A stretch of 64,000 nt of DNA. It comes from Candidatus Babeliales bacterium. Its GTDB lineage: Bacteria > Babelota > Babeliae > Babelales > JBFXEV01. Under the pieces are notes generated by a model that was not told the DNA's origin, ran no database searches, and worked only from the letters and a program-made list of their open reading frames with translations. The translations under genes and the position numbers were made by a program. Location: positions 841,994-905,993 of the forward strand of contig JBFXEV010000001.1 of NCBI GenBank assembly GCA_050179755.1, read 5' to 3'. This document shows positions 9,609 to 20,700 of this stretch, piece by piece; position 1 is the first letter of the stretch, and the number at the start of each line of letters is the position of its first letter.

Positions 9609-12600
9609 ATGAAGAAGCACTTATTATATTTTATTCTTTTAGTGTCATCGTACCATGCTCATCTGTATGCAGTGATAAAAGGTTCAACAAGTCAAGTTTC
9701 AATTGAACCAATCTTTCAATTTAAAGCTGCTGATCTTGATAATAAAATACAAGGATTTGCTTGGTTTAAAGATGGATTTAGTTTAGAAAATAATGCAACA
9801 ACGTGTGATTTTGCCTCGGTCTATCCTGTTTCGGGCGTAGTTGCGTTGCATGGTGGCACGCTTAATTTACTTGAAGATCTTATTCTTAAAAATAGTACTA
9901 CGCTTGAAAGTTTTGGCACTATTGTAGGTAATCATTCTCTCTTTGAATTGTGTTCAAGTATAACCGTATTGCCTCCAGATACTGGGGTATTTGAAGATGT
10001 CTATGTGGTATTATCGAATTCGGTGGTGGTACAAGGGCAAATTAATTGCGTTGGTGCAACGGTAATCGATGGCAGGGGCAATACGCTTGATTTACAAGAA
10101 AAAGCATCATTAAAGATTGCGCCACATAGCACACTGCATTTAAAAAACATGATTGTTAAAGGCGTTGGGCTTGATAATATTTCAGGCTTAGATGATTCTG
10201 CTACGTTAATTCTTGATAACGTAACATGGGTGCAATCTGCTGATGTTATTTTTGAATCTGGCGCATTGTGTATACAAAATAAAGTAGAATTCTGCGGTAA
10301 TTATGCATTTAGGCATACAAGCTCCAAACCGGTATCTATAGCGGCACAATCAATGTGGTCGTTACTTGCAAGTATAGATTTAAAAATTGGTAAACATCTT
10401 AATGCCGGTGCCGTTGATCCATTACAATTTCAAGATAATAGTTCCATATTAAAATTATCAAATTGTTCGCTTTTTGTAACTGAAGGTGGATTGCGGTTAA
10501 CAAAAGGCAAGTTGATTTTTGATGAAGAAGTTCATATTGATATGGCATCAACTACTACCATGAACGGTATTATTATTGGTGATGGCGTTGAGAGTGATAA
10601 TGATTTTACGTTACGGTTTAATGCTGGCGTATCAGTAACGCATAAAGGGCATACAGCGTATAACAATGTCAGTCCAGATAAGATTATTGCATTGTCAAAG
10701 AATGCTACCATTATTCGAGATGAAAATTCAAATATTTTTATGGCACGCAATGCGACTATGCCGCCTATGACCTTTGAATCGCTTTCAAATGCAGTGCAGC
10801 CAATACAGCATGCACCGGGTGTGGAGATTGTATATCAAGACGATCAAATAGTATTTCCTGCGGTAGCTTTTGATATTACTGGTTGCCAGAATATGCCCAA
10901 TACCTTTTGTTTAAAGGGTTCTGATGAAATATTTTTTACTAAAGGATCATTGCCCCTTAATTTACAAGTTTCTGGTAAAAATAATTTGATGCATGGTAAT
11001 GGCGGTATCATGGGTCTGCTTTCTTTGCAAGATACTGCTGCAGAATTAATTTGCTCGGTGTTGGGGCCAATAAGTACGTCGCCTCATTTGAATGGTGGTT
11101 CTTTAATTTTAACCGGTGATTTTGCATTGGGGCCAGACATTGTGTTGTCTGGCTCTGGTACGGTGAATCTTAATTCGTTTTGTTTTACCTGTGGTTCAAA
11201 GGATGCAGTCTGGCAAGGGCAATTACTCTGGCAAGGGACTAATGGATCTTTAGAAATACAAAGTCAAGTAACATTACAAGGAACCTGGACTATTGATGGG
11301 CAAGTAACTATTGATGGCAATGGGAATACCTTGGATATTTCTGCTGGCGATATTGTGGTCAATCCTCATGCCAAGTTACTATTGAAAAATATTCGACTTA
11401 TAGGGATTAAAGGTTCAAATATACGCTGTGTTGATGATACTGGTAAGTTATCGCTTTTAAATGTAATTTGGGTGCAAACAGATGATGTGCTTTTTGATAA
11501 GGGCTCTTTACAGTTTGTTGATGAAGTTGATTTTATTGGTTCTTATACCTTTGTATATGATAGCTCAGTAACAAGTACCATAGCTGTTAAGTCTACGTTG
11601 CAAATAGGCAACGGCATGCAGTTTTCAATTGGTCGTACCCATAAAGAGGGGGCAGCACCTCTCTATTTTGAAGATCGCACGAGTACGCTCTCGCTTGAAA
11701 ATTGTGCTTTACAGGTAACGGGTTTTGGTTTGCCATTGGCGCGTGGTCGCGTGTTGTGTAGTAGAGACGTTACCATTGATATTTTGTCTACAGACACAAC
11801 AAATGGTATTGAACTTGGCACTGGCGCGCCAGATGACGACATGATTTTTGAATTTTATCCTGGTTGTGTTGTTCGTTTTGTGGGTGGTCACGTGGTTTAT
11901 AATGTTACGCGGCCTGATAGTGTTGTATCTCAATCTACTACTGCCAAATTAGTGCGCGGTGCAAAAAACGTATTTTATATGAAACGCAATATTTTGCTTT
12001 CAAATTTAACAATTGATGCTTCTATATTATCAGTTACCCACGTGCCCGATGATGTATCGTTTGACTTTGAAAATTGTGAATTTGTCTTGCCGGCAGGCAA
12101 AGTTGTGGTGAGCGGATCTCGTTACAATGCCTACACTAATGTATTGAAGAATGGTGACTCTCTTTTTATAACCTCTGGTGTAATGCCTATGGCAACTGTT
12201 GTATTGGGTAAAGGTACTAGCATAGTAGGCAATGGTAGCTTGGGAGGGCCCGTAGTGTTTGCCTCACCTGAATCAGAACTTGTTCTTGCACTAGATGGTT
12301 TGGTGAGTAAAGATATTACTCTTAACGGCGGTGTTCTTACTTTAGGCCAAGATACGCACTTTGCAAGCGGTGCTGTTATTACTGATTCAGGAACGGTTAA
12401 TGTAAGTAATTATCGTATGCAATTAACATCACAAGAAATAGTGTGGCAGGGTGATATTACGTGGCAAAGTACTAATGCAATAATTTCATTAAATGCGGAT
12501 GTTGCTCTTGCAGGTTCCTGGATTGTGCAAGGTAATTGTACGTTGCAGGGTAATGGTAATGTACTTGATTTGCGAGCGGGTGGTAGCATAGAAGTTGCGC

Positions 12601-14570
12601 CAGGCTCTGCGTTAAAATTAGTTAACGTGCGTATTATAGGCGTACATGATAGTAACGTACGTTGTGCGGATGATACAGGATCACTCATTCTTGATCAAGT
12701 GGTGTGGGTGCAAACAGGGAACGCAACGTTTGATCATGGCAGAATTCAGATTATTGACGAAGTAGACTTTTTAGGTTCGTATACTTTTTCCTATCAGAGC
12801 ACACAATCAAGTTTTATTCATAATGACTCTACGTGGCATATTACTGACTTAATGCGATTTACTCTAGGCAAGCAATCAGTGCCAGAAGCACAAAATCCAT
12901 TATTGTTTGCAGGTCAAACAGCAACGCTTTCTTTAGATAATTGTACTATTGCAATTACGGATGCCGGGTGGGATTTGCTCAAAGGATGTATTAAGTATAA
13001 GCGTAATGTTGATATAGAAGTGCTTTCTACAAGTTCGGCAGCAGGTGTATTTCTTGGCAATGGCATGCGTGAAAACGATCCGCTTGTATTTTTTGATCCT
13101 GGTTCAAATGCTCGTTTTGTAAAAGGGCATATTATTTATAATATTGTAAATCCTGCAAACTTGCATTCTGATTCCACGTCCGCGCAAATGCAGCGGCTAG
13201 CGCAAAGTCACTTTGTGATTAAGCAAGACGTATATCTTAAGAATTTTACGGTGGATGCAAGTCCCTATGCAATTACCGAGGTTGATGTGGGTAAGCGATT
13301 TGCCTATAAAAATTGTATTTTTAGTTTGCCAAATGGTCGCGCCGAAGTAACTGCCTCGCGGTATAATGAAGTTTCAAATATTCTTTTTGCAGATGACTTA
13401 TTATTGCTTAGATATGGGGCATTCCCTATGGCAACATTAGTGGCCGGGCAAAACGCTATGATTGCAGGAACGGGTGATGTGGTTGCTCCTCTAGTATTTG
13501 TCAATCCCACAGCAACGTTGTTATGTGGATTTAGTGGTTCATTAGGAGCCAACGTTATGTTAAATGGAGCACGTTTTATAGTAATGAATGACGTTCATTT
13601 TGCAGGAGATCATCAATTTATTGGGGATGGCACTGTGGTGGTAGGTGATAATCGTTTATCTTTTGGCCCAAAAGATGCCACATGGTCTGGCAATCTAGTA
13701 TGGCATGCTGACAACGGCAATATTGATATAAAGTCTAATATTTCATTAAATGGAACTTGGACGTTTAGTGGATCAAGTTGCTTGCTTGATTGTAATGGCA
13801 ATACGTTAGAGCTATTAGAAAATGGCAAACTTATTATTAATGATAATTGTACGTTACATATAAAGAATGCTCAAATAAAGGGAATACGTGGCACTAATAT
13901 TTGCGCAATAGAAGATAGCAGCAAGCTTATTCTTGAAAATGTCACGTGGGTACAACAGGACGAGTATCAATTTGAACATGGATCACTTATATGGCAACAA
14001 GATGTTGTTATGGAAGGTGGCATTTTTAATTATAGATCTAATCAAACAAGTCATGTTGCTGACCATTCTTGTGTGTGTTTGGATCAAGATTTTATTTTTA
14101 ATTATGAACCAGAAAATGGTGATACCAATTTGATAGCATTAAACGATGAGTCATCTATGCTCGAGCTTAATGGTGCAATAATACGTGCGCCCTATGGTAT
14201 TGCCTTTACTCAAGGAACGTTTATATGTAAAAAAAATGCTACGCTTATTTCTTCCCACGAGCAAGGCATTACGTTTGGAACAGGCAATGCTGATAATGAT
14301 TGTACGGTAATGATATATAGTGGCGTACAGTTGGTTGTTGCTGAAGGTGCTTTGAACTATAACAATAGGGCACGCTCCTCATGGCAGTCAGGCAATAGTT
14401 TATCAACAGTGTATTTTGCAGATACTACAACATTAAATGTATATGCTACGTTAGATCTTGGTGGCGGAGAATTTATGTTTGGTAACCATACGTTGCTTAA
14501 TCGAGCAGCTGATGCTGATATAAAAGGATCAATAACCTTACTTGGGGAGTTATCTTTTGGTACTATCTAG
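9609..14570 (+). CDS. Secreted 1653-aa repetitive beta-solenoid-like surface protein (four ~413-aa modules)
   Basis: Signal peptide HLYA-VIKGS; xDGxGNTLDL...VxWVQ block recurs at 10065, 11310, 12543, 13785. Confidence 0.85.
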   Translation: MKKHLLYFILLVSSYHAHLYAVIKGSTSQVSIEPIFQFKAADLDNKIQGFAWFKDGFSLENNATTCDFASVYPVSGVVALHGGTLNLLEDLILKNSTTLESFGTIVGNHSLFELCSSITVLPPDTGVFEDVYVVLSNSVVVQGQINCVGATVIDGRGNTLDLQEKASLKIAPHSTLHLKNMIVKGVGLDNISGLDDSATLILDNVTWVQSADVIFESGALCIQNKVEFCGNYAFRHTSSKPVSIAAQSMWSLLASIDLKIGKHLNAGAVDPLQFQDNSSILKLSNCSLFVTEGGLRLTKGKLIFDEEVHIDMASTTTMNGIIIGDGVESDNDFTLRFNAGVSVTHKGHTAYNNVSPDKIIALSKNATIIRDENSNIFMARNATMPPMTFESLSNAVQPIQHAPGVEIVYQDDQIVFPAVAFDITGCQNMPNTFCLKGSDEIFFTKGSLPLNLQVSGKNNLMHGNGGIMGLLSLQDTAAELICSVLGPISTSPHLNGGSLILTGDFALGPDIVLSGSGTVNLNSFCFTCGSKDAVWQGQLLWQGTNGSLEIQSQVTLQGTWTIDGQVTIDGNGNTLDISAGDIVVNPHAKLLLKNIRLIGIKGSNIRCVDDTGKLSLLNVIWVQTDDVLFDKGSLQFVDEVDFIGSYTFVYDSSVTSTIAVKSTLQIGNGMQFSIGRTHKEGAAPLYFEDRTSTLSLENCALQVTGFGLPLARGRVLCSRDVTIDILSTDTTNGIELGTGAPDDDMIFEFYPGCVVRFVGGHVVYNVTRPDSVVSQSTTAKLVRGAKNVFYMKRNILLSNLTIDASILSVTHVPDDVSFDFENCEFVLPAGKVVVSGSRYNAYTNVLKNGDSLFITSGVMPMATVVLGKGTSIVGNGSLGGPVVFASPESELVLALDGLVSKDITLNGGVLTLGQDTHFASGAVITDSGTVNVSNYRMQLTSQEIVWQGDITWQSTNAIISLNADVALAGSWIVQGNCTLQGNGNVLDLRAGGSIEVAPGSALKLVNVRIIGVHDSNVRCADDTGSLILDQVVWVQTGNATFDHGRIQIIDEVDFLGSYTFSYQSTQSSFIHNDSTWHITDLMRFTLGKQSVPEAQNPLLFAGQTATLSLDNCTIAITDAGWDLLKGCIKYKRNVDIEVLSTSSAAGVFLGNGMRENDPLVFFDPGSNARFVKGHIIYNIVNPANLHSDSTSAQMQRLAQSHFVIKQDVYLKNFTVDASPYAITEVDVGKRFAYKNCIFSLPNGRAEVTASRYNEVSNILFADDLLLLRYGAFPMATLVAGQNAMIAGTGDVVAPLVFVNPTATLLCGFSGSLGANVMLNGARFIVMNDVHFAGDHQFIGDGTVVVGDNRLSFGPKDATWSGNLVWHADNGNIDIKSNISLNGTWTFSGSSCLLDCNGNTLELLENGKLIINDNCTLHIKNAQIKGIRGTNICAIEDSSKLILENVTWVQQDEYQFEHGSLIWQQDVVMEGGIFNYRSNQTSHVADHSCVCLDQDFIFNYEPENGDTNLIALNDESSMLELNGAIIRAPYGIAFTQGTFICKKNATLISSHEQGITFGTGNADNDCTVMIYSGVQLVVAEGALNYNNRARSSWQSGNSLSTVYFADTTTLNVYATLDLGGGEFMFGNHTLLNRAADADIKGSITLLGELSFGTI

Positions 14571-16623
14571 GGATATATGGTTTATCTGCTCGCTGTTTAT
14601 ATTTATACCCATGCTGCATGCGGTTTCTATTGGCTCGAATACAGCATTAAGCCAGCAAGCACTTGCCAGTTTTCCTTTTTCAGATACAGATAATCAAATG
14701 CTTGGTTTTGCAGCATTTGTAAATGGTTTTACTTTGACTGGTGGCGGCAACTGTATATTTAATTCGTTGTATCCTATTGGTGGAACGGTTACTCTCAATG
14801 GCGGTACGCTTTCATTAAGCAAGGATCTTACGTTTCAAAAAAATATAACGCTTTATAAAGGCGGTATATTTAAGGGAAATGGTAAAAAGATTACTTTTCT
14901 GGATACCGATGGTTTGCAATTGCCTGCGTCTGGTACAGATCTTTTAAGTATGGCGTACCTTACACAGTATGATACGGGTGCATCAGTTATTGCATGTGAT
15001 TGGTCGCATGATAATCACACTATTGCCATTGCCAATAGCTCTTCTGCCTATATTGATGCGTTTAATTTTGTTCCTAATGCGCTTACTGCTGGAGGAATTT
15101 CATCTGCTGCCACTACTAATTTTTTGTGTGTTGCATGGCATCCTACGCTTAACTATCTGGCAACTGGTAGAAAACAAGGCTCATCAACAAAGAATATACA
15201 ATTATGGCAGTATAATCCATCACTTGATACGTTTACCTTACTTGATCAGGAAGCTCAAAATAAAGATATTACTGCTGTTGCATGGCATCCATCAGGCAAT
15301 TATCTTGCTGTAGCCACTGCAAATGGTCAAGGGATTATCATATATTCTTTAGTGAATAATGCTTTGACTTATGTGTCTGAAGTAGATCTTACACCAAGCA
15401 GAAACATTTCTAATGCACTCAGCTGGGACAGTACAGGAACGTATTTGGTTGCAGGCACTGCATCATCGGGTGCAAATAAGAGCTATGAAGTATTAGTATA
15501 TTCGTTTAATGGTTCTGTGCTTACATTAAATACCTACCTGGATCTTAATACGTTAGTTAATGCTGTAGCGTATTGCCCTACTTCAACGTATATTGCTGTT
15601 GGCCTTAATTCTGGTTCAGATAGATTTCGTATGTATGCGCACAACCCGCAAACAGGAACACTTACTAAAGTTTCATCGATTAATTTAGGCATATCACTTG
15701 CAGTGCTTGCAGCAGATTGGAGTCCAGACGGTAAGTATATTGCATTTGGTACTGCAAAAGGTTCAATTACCGAACTCAATGTGTATGCTTTTGATGCCGA
15801 TGAAGAATCGTTAACCCTTGTTGCTTCTTTTCATATGTTAGGAGCTGTTAATACGCTTAAGTGGTCGTCAGATGGCAGCTATCTTGCTGTTGGCGATAGT
15901 GTTGATAATTTATCAGTGTTTGGACTTTCGACTGCTGTTATTTTTAATGGCGTATTTTTAGAATGTAATTCAAACGTTACCTTTAACACACAAACTATAT
16001 TTCAGGGCGTTTGCATGATTGAGGGCAATAATCATACGTTGCAGTTTGCAAATCAAGGGTCATTACAAGTTGCAAGCGGGGCGTCATTAACACTTAAGAA
16101 TCTGACGCTGAGCAATATAACTGCATCTTCGTTCTATTGTGCCGATGGTACAGCAACTATTAATTTTAATAATGTTGAACTTAATTTGACTACCAATGAT
16201 TATACTTTTTCAAATGGTGCATTTAATGTAATTAATAAATTACGCATACAAGGTTCGCATACATTTAATTATCAATCAAACCAAATAAGCACCATTAAAG
16301 CTGCAGCAACATTGTTTCTTGATGGAGTAACATTGAACTATAATCCTTCTATTAGCGCAAATAATTTGCTAGCATTTGCAGATTCTACTGCATCTTTAGT
16401 CTTGCGTTCAGCAACATTTCAAATTTCAAATAAAGGCTTACAGTTAACTAAGGGGCATATTGAGATAGATGGCAAGTGTTATATTGTAAATAGCGGCACA
16501 CAAGCGGCGCAGGGCTTGTTGCTTGGTGATGGTAATTCTGCTGCAAATAATGTACTCGTGCGTATATTGCCAGAAGCGCAGTGTGTGGTAAGTTCTGGAT
16601 ATGTTGTGGATAAGAGCGTATGA
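14557..16623 (+). CDS. Secreted beta-solenoid protein with inserted WD40-like beta-propeller
   Basis: Probable TTG start at 14557 after GGAG (track start 14542); blades CDWSHD, VAWHPT, VAWHPSG, LSWDSTG, VAYCPT, ADWSPDG, LKWSSDG; flanks homologous to 16620..17696. Confidence 0.85.
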   Translation: MVLSRDIWFICSLFIFIPMLHAVSIGSNTALSQQALASFPFSDTDNQMLGFAAFVNGFTLTGGGNCIFNSLYPIGGTVTLNGGTLSLSKDLTFQKNITLYKGGIFKGNGKKITFLDTDGLQLPASGTDLLSMAYLTQYDTGASVIACDWSHDNHTIAIANSSSAYIDAFNFVPNALTAGGISSAATTNFLCVAWHPTLNYLATGRKQGSSTKNIQLWQYNPSLDTFTLLDQEAQNKDITAVAWHPSGNYLAVATANGQGIIIYSLVNNALTYVSEVDLTPSRNISNALSWDSTGTYLVAGTASSGANKSYEVLVYSFNGSVLTLNTYLDLNTLVNAVAYCPTSTYIAVGLNSGSDRFRMYAHNPQTGTLTKVSSINLGISLAVLAADWSPDGKYIAFGTAKGSITELNVYAFDADEESLTLVASFHMLGAVNTLKWSSDGSYLAVGDSVDNLSVFGLSTAVIFNGVFLECNSNVTFNTQTIFQGVCMIEGNNHTLQFANQGSLQVASGASLTLKNLTLSNITASSFYCADGTATINFNNVELNLTTNDYTFSNGAFNVINKLRIQGSHTFNYQSNQISTIKAAATLFLDGVTLNYNPSISANNLLAFADSTASLVLRSATFQISNKGLQLTKGHIEIDGKCYIVNSGTQAAQGLLLGDGNSAANNVLVRILPEAQCVVSSGYVVDKSV

Positions 16624-17696
16624 TAATGAAGTGGATCACTCCTGTTTGGGTAGTATTTTTTTTATGTTTTTCAGCTCGTGCTGTTATTTATGGTTCATTA
16701 ACAGCAGTGTCCCGTCAAGCGCTCATTACCTTACCTGCAAATGATGCAACAAATGAATTGCGTGGATTTGGTGCTTTTGAAAACGGTTTTACGCTAACGA
16801 ATGCTTCAACAGCCTGTTTATTTACTTCATTATTTCCTGTCTCGGGGCCCATTAGTTTAAATGGTGGTACGCTTACCTTAAATCAAAGTATGGTACTTGA
16901 TTCAGATGCTGATATAAAATCGGCAGGAATTATTGTAGGTAATAATTATAAGTTAGTGCTACCGGCTAAAATGAGTTCGTATACTCTACCTTCTACCACG
17001 CTTACTTGGGGCTTAACATTACATAGCGTAAAGTTATGTTTGCAATCAGATCTCGTGTTTAATGTACCGGTTATTTTTCAAGGCACGTGCGAAATTCAAG
17101 GAAATGGTTATTCGTTAACGCTTGCGCATGCAACAGGCATTAGTATTGCTAGCGGCGCATCTTTATTAATGAAAGACGTAATTGTTAAAAATGTTTCAGG
17201 CACTAAAATTGGCTTTGCAGCAACAAGTTCATTCTTAAAGATACAAGATGTGGTATGGTGCTTGAATGGTAATACCACGCTATCTACTGGCTACTTTAAT
17301 CTTATTGGTAATTGGTATATCAATGGTCCGTATTCGCTTTCCTATACCAGTGCGCAGACAAGCACAATCCTTTCTAATGGGCAGTTATGTATGGGCTTTG
17401 GCTCTACATTAAATTATGCTCCATCGGTGAGCGTGCAAAATTTACTACTATTTTCAGATGCTACTGCTAAGTTGCTTTTACATGGTGCAACGTTATCAGC
17501 TTCAACGGTTGGTATGCAGCTTACGCGTGGTTCATTAATTTGTGATGGTAAATCGTATATTACAAGTTCTGGAACTACTGCAGCGACAGGCATTAGTCTA
17601 GGTGGTGCAAGTTCTGGTGATGATGTGACCATTGAAATTTTGCCGGGCGCAAGCGTTGAGGTTGCAGGTTTTGTGGGGTATAAAAATTTTAATTAA
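16620..17696 (+). CDS. Secreted single-module beta-solenoid protein, paralog of the two upstream genes
   Basis: Signal peptide SARA-VIYGS; GFGAFENGFTL, FPVSGPISLNGGTLTL; ATGA overlap with upstream gene. Confidence 0.85.
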   Translation: MIMKWITPVWVVFFLCFSARAVIYGSLTAVSRQALITLPANDATNELRGFGAFENGFTLTNASTACLFTSLFPVSGPISLNGGTLTLNQSMVLDSDADIKSAGIIVGNNYKLVLPAKMSSYTLPSTTLTWGLTLHSVKLCLQSDLVFNVPVIFQGTCEIQGNGYSLTLAHATGISIASGASLLMKDVIVKNVSGTKIGFAATSSFLKIQDVVWCLNGNTTLSTGYFNLIGNWYINGPYSLSYTSAQTSTILSNGQLCMGFGSTLNYAPSVSVQNLLLFSDATAKLLLHGATLSASTVGMQLTRGSLICDGKSYITSSGTTAATGISLGGASSGDDVTIEILPGASVEVAGFVGYKNFN

Positions 17697-17739
17697 TTGA
17701 TATATTAAAAAAGTATAATAATCTTACCTTGAGAGTGGT

Positions 17740-20700
17740 ATGAATAAAAAAAGAGCTTGGAGCATACAGCATATCTTTGGCAGCTTTGCCGTCAATTTAC
17801 TCGTAAGTACTGTTATCTATGCGGCATCCTTTAACTGTGATAGTCCTAACTCCGCTTTAGTGCTTACTCCTGGTGCCACATTCAATATTGTAAATCCTAT
17901 TACTAATTTTAATGGTACGTTAACTATGCCAACCGAATCAACCGTTTCTGGCAGTACTATTACGTTTGCAGGCGGTTATTTACAAGGTACAGGAAATCGT
18001 GCATCGATTACCGGTCTGTATACACCAAGCACTAATCAATTGTCTATGACGGGTAATCATACGTTTAATGCAACGCCAGGCCTTTCGTGGGAACAACTTG
18101 CCGTAAGTGGTACAGGCAACTTGCTTGAAGGTCAACCCACATTTGTAAGCGATATCGTTCTTGCAAATGCAAGCACTGCACTTACTATTGCAATTCAAAA
18201 TACACTAAATGTTAATATAGCGCTTGCAGGTGGTGCGGTAACGCTTGGTAGTGATTTGCGTTTTGCAGATGGCAAAGGTTTTACGGGTAATGGTACAGTT
18301 AATTTAACAAACAATGGTTTAACATTTGGCGGTACGCCACTTGTATGGTCAAATAATATTACGTGGAATAATGCTGGTAACCTGCGTTTACATGGTAAAG
18401 TAAAAGTAACAGGAACTCATACGTTTTCTGGAGTGAGCGCGCTGAATGGAAATGGTAATATTCTTGATCTTTCGGGAGGTGGCTCACTTATTGTGCCGGC
18501 ATCATCAACACTCTATCTTTCTGATCTAGTAATCAAAGGTTTGGGTACAGGTGGTGGCACCATTTTGCTTGCGGCGCCTACTTCACAACTTCGTCTTTCT
18601 CATGTAACGCTTGAGCTCGTAGGGAACTTAACTACATCTCAAGGTTCTATATATATTGAGGGTCCGTCAACAGTTGTTGTTAATAATTTTACGTGGACGG
18701 TGAATTCATCTGGGTTATTGATAGTAGATGGTGTAACTCTTTGGACAGATTCTGTTGGCGCATCATCACCGGGAACGATTACCTTTGGCAGTCCACTTTC
18801 AACATATCTATCGCTTGTTGCAACCGGGACTATTAAGAATGCAGGTTCTGGCTCGGTAACTACTGCGGCTTTTAATGCTTTGAATGCTCGTTTAACAACA
18901 GATGAAACAAATATTACTACACTTCAAGGTCAAATGACTGCCGTAAATAGTAATGTGGCGTTAGTGCAAGGTCAAATGAGTACGGCTAATTCAAATATTA
19001 CTGCTGCTCAAAGTAATATTACAACGCTTCAAGGGCAAATGACCACCGCTACTACTAATATTACTGGAGCACAGGGTAGTATCACAGCACTGCAAAATCG
19101 TGCGGCTGTCGATGAAAGTGCGATTAGTACGTTACAGACAAATATGACAGCTGCACAAAATACTATTGCTTCTGCTCAGTCTAATATCACTGCTTTGACT
19201 ACGCGCATGACTACTGTAGAAGGTAATATAAGTACCGCACAAGATAATATTGCGTCATTGCAAACTAACGTGACGAGTGCACAAGCATCTATTGGCACGT
19301 TGCAAACAAACGCAGCAAATGATGAAAGAAATATTACGGCATTGCAAACAAGCGTTGCCGGAGCGCAAACGTCTCTAACAGGTTTAGGCACGCGTATGAC
19401 AGCTGCCGAAACAAATATTACAGGTGCTCAAGGTTCTATTGGCACATTGCAGACAAATATGAGTGCTGCACAGGGAAATATTACAGCCTTGCAAACTCGT
19501 GTAACTGCAGACGAGAATACGCTTGCCACGGTGCAATCAAATATAACGGCAGCGCAAACAAGTATCACCGGTCTTGGCTCTCGTATGACAACGGCAGAAA
19601 ATAATATTACTGCGTTGCAGTCACGAGTAACAGCTGATGAAACTTCTCTTAGTGGATTGCAAACAAGCGTTACAGCAGCTCAAAATGCCATCGCTACGAA
19701 TCAATCCAGTATTACCGCATTAACCACACGAGTTACTAGTGCAGAAAGTACTATTCATACAGCCCAATCAAATATTACAACATTACAATCAGGCATGACT
19801 AGTGCACAAAACTCGATTGGTACCTTACAAACCAAGCTAACAGCAGATGAAGCCAATATTGCTTCTTTGCAAACAAATGTTGCTGCCGTTCAAACAAGTA
19901 TTACAGGATTAGGCACTCGCGTGAATGCTGCCGAAAGTACTATCACTTCAGCACAAAGTTCACTTACTGCGTTGCAAACAAGTCTTGCATCCTCTCAGGA
20001 TGCCATAACTACATTGCAAACCAATGCAACGGCTGATGAGCAGAATATCGCAACGTTGCAAACTAACATGACGGCAGCACAAAATGATATTACTGCTCTT
20101 GGCACCCGCATGACGAGTGGTGAAAATAATATTACAAGTTTGCAAGGTTCTGTTGCCACATTACAGACAAATGTAACTAATGATGAAAGAAATATTGCCA
20201 CATTACAAACAAACATGGCAAATGCGCAAGGCACTATTACCGGGCTTACCACGCGCATGACAACAGCTGAAGGGGCGATTGTTAATTTGCAAACAAATGC
20301 AGCTTCAGATGAACGTAACATTAGCACACTACAAACAAATGTGACGGGTGCTCAAAATGCTATTACTAGTTTGCAAGGATTAGTTTCTACGTTACAGGCA
20401 AATGTAGCATCCGATGAAAGATCTATTGCAGCATTACAAACAAACATGGGGGGTGCGCAAAGCGCCATTACTACACTGCAGCGCAATGCGCTTATTAATG
20501 AAGGAAACATTCTAACATTACAAACAAATCTATTTTCAGCTCAAAATAATATTAATGTTCTCTTGCCGCGTATGACGAGCGCTGAAAATAATCTAATAAA
20601 TTTACAATTAAATATAGCAACTGCTCAAGAATCGTTGAATCTTTTACTTAGTGAATACCATAAGGTAGTGCATGTAAACGGTCATATGGTGTTTGATCAT

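Noticed and set aside
9609..17696. DGR target or phase-variable locus
   Set aside because: No reverse transcriptase, near-identical TR/VR pair or invertase seen.
18870..20640. CRISPR-like or exact DNA tandem repeats in the stalk
   Set aside because: Repeats are degenerate, in frame and at protein level; no constant repeat with unique spacers and no cas genes.
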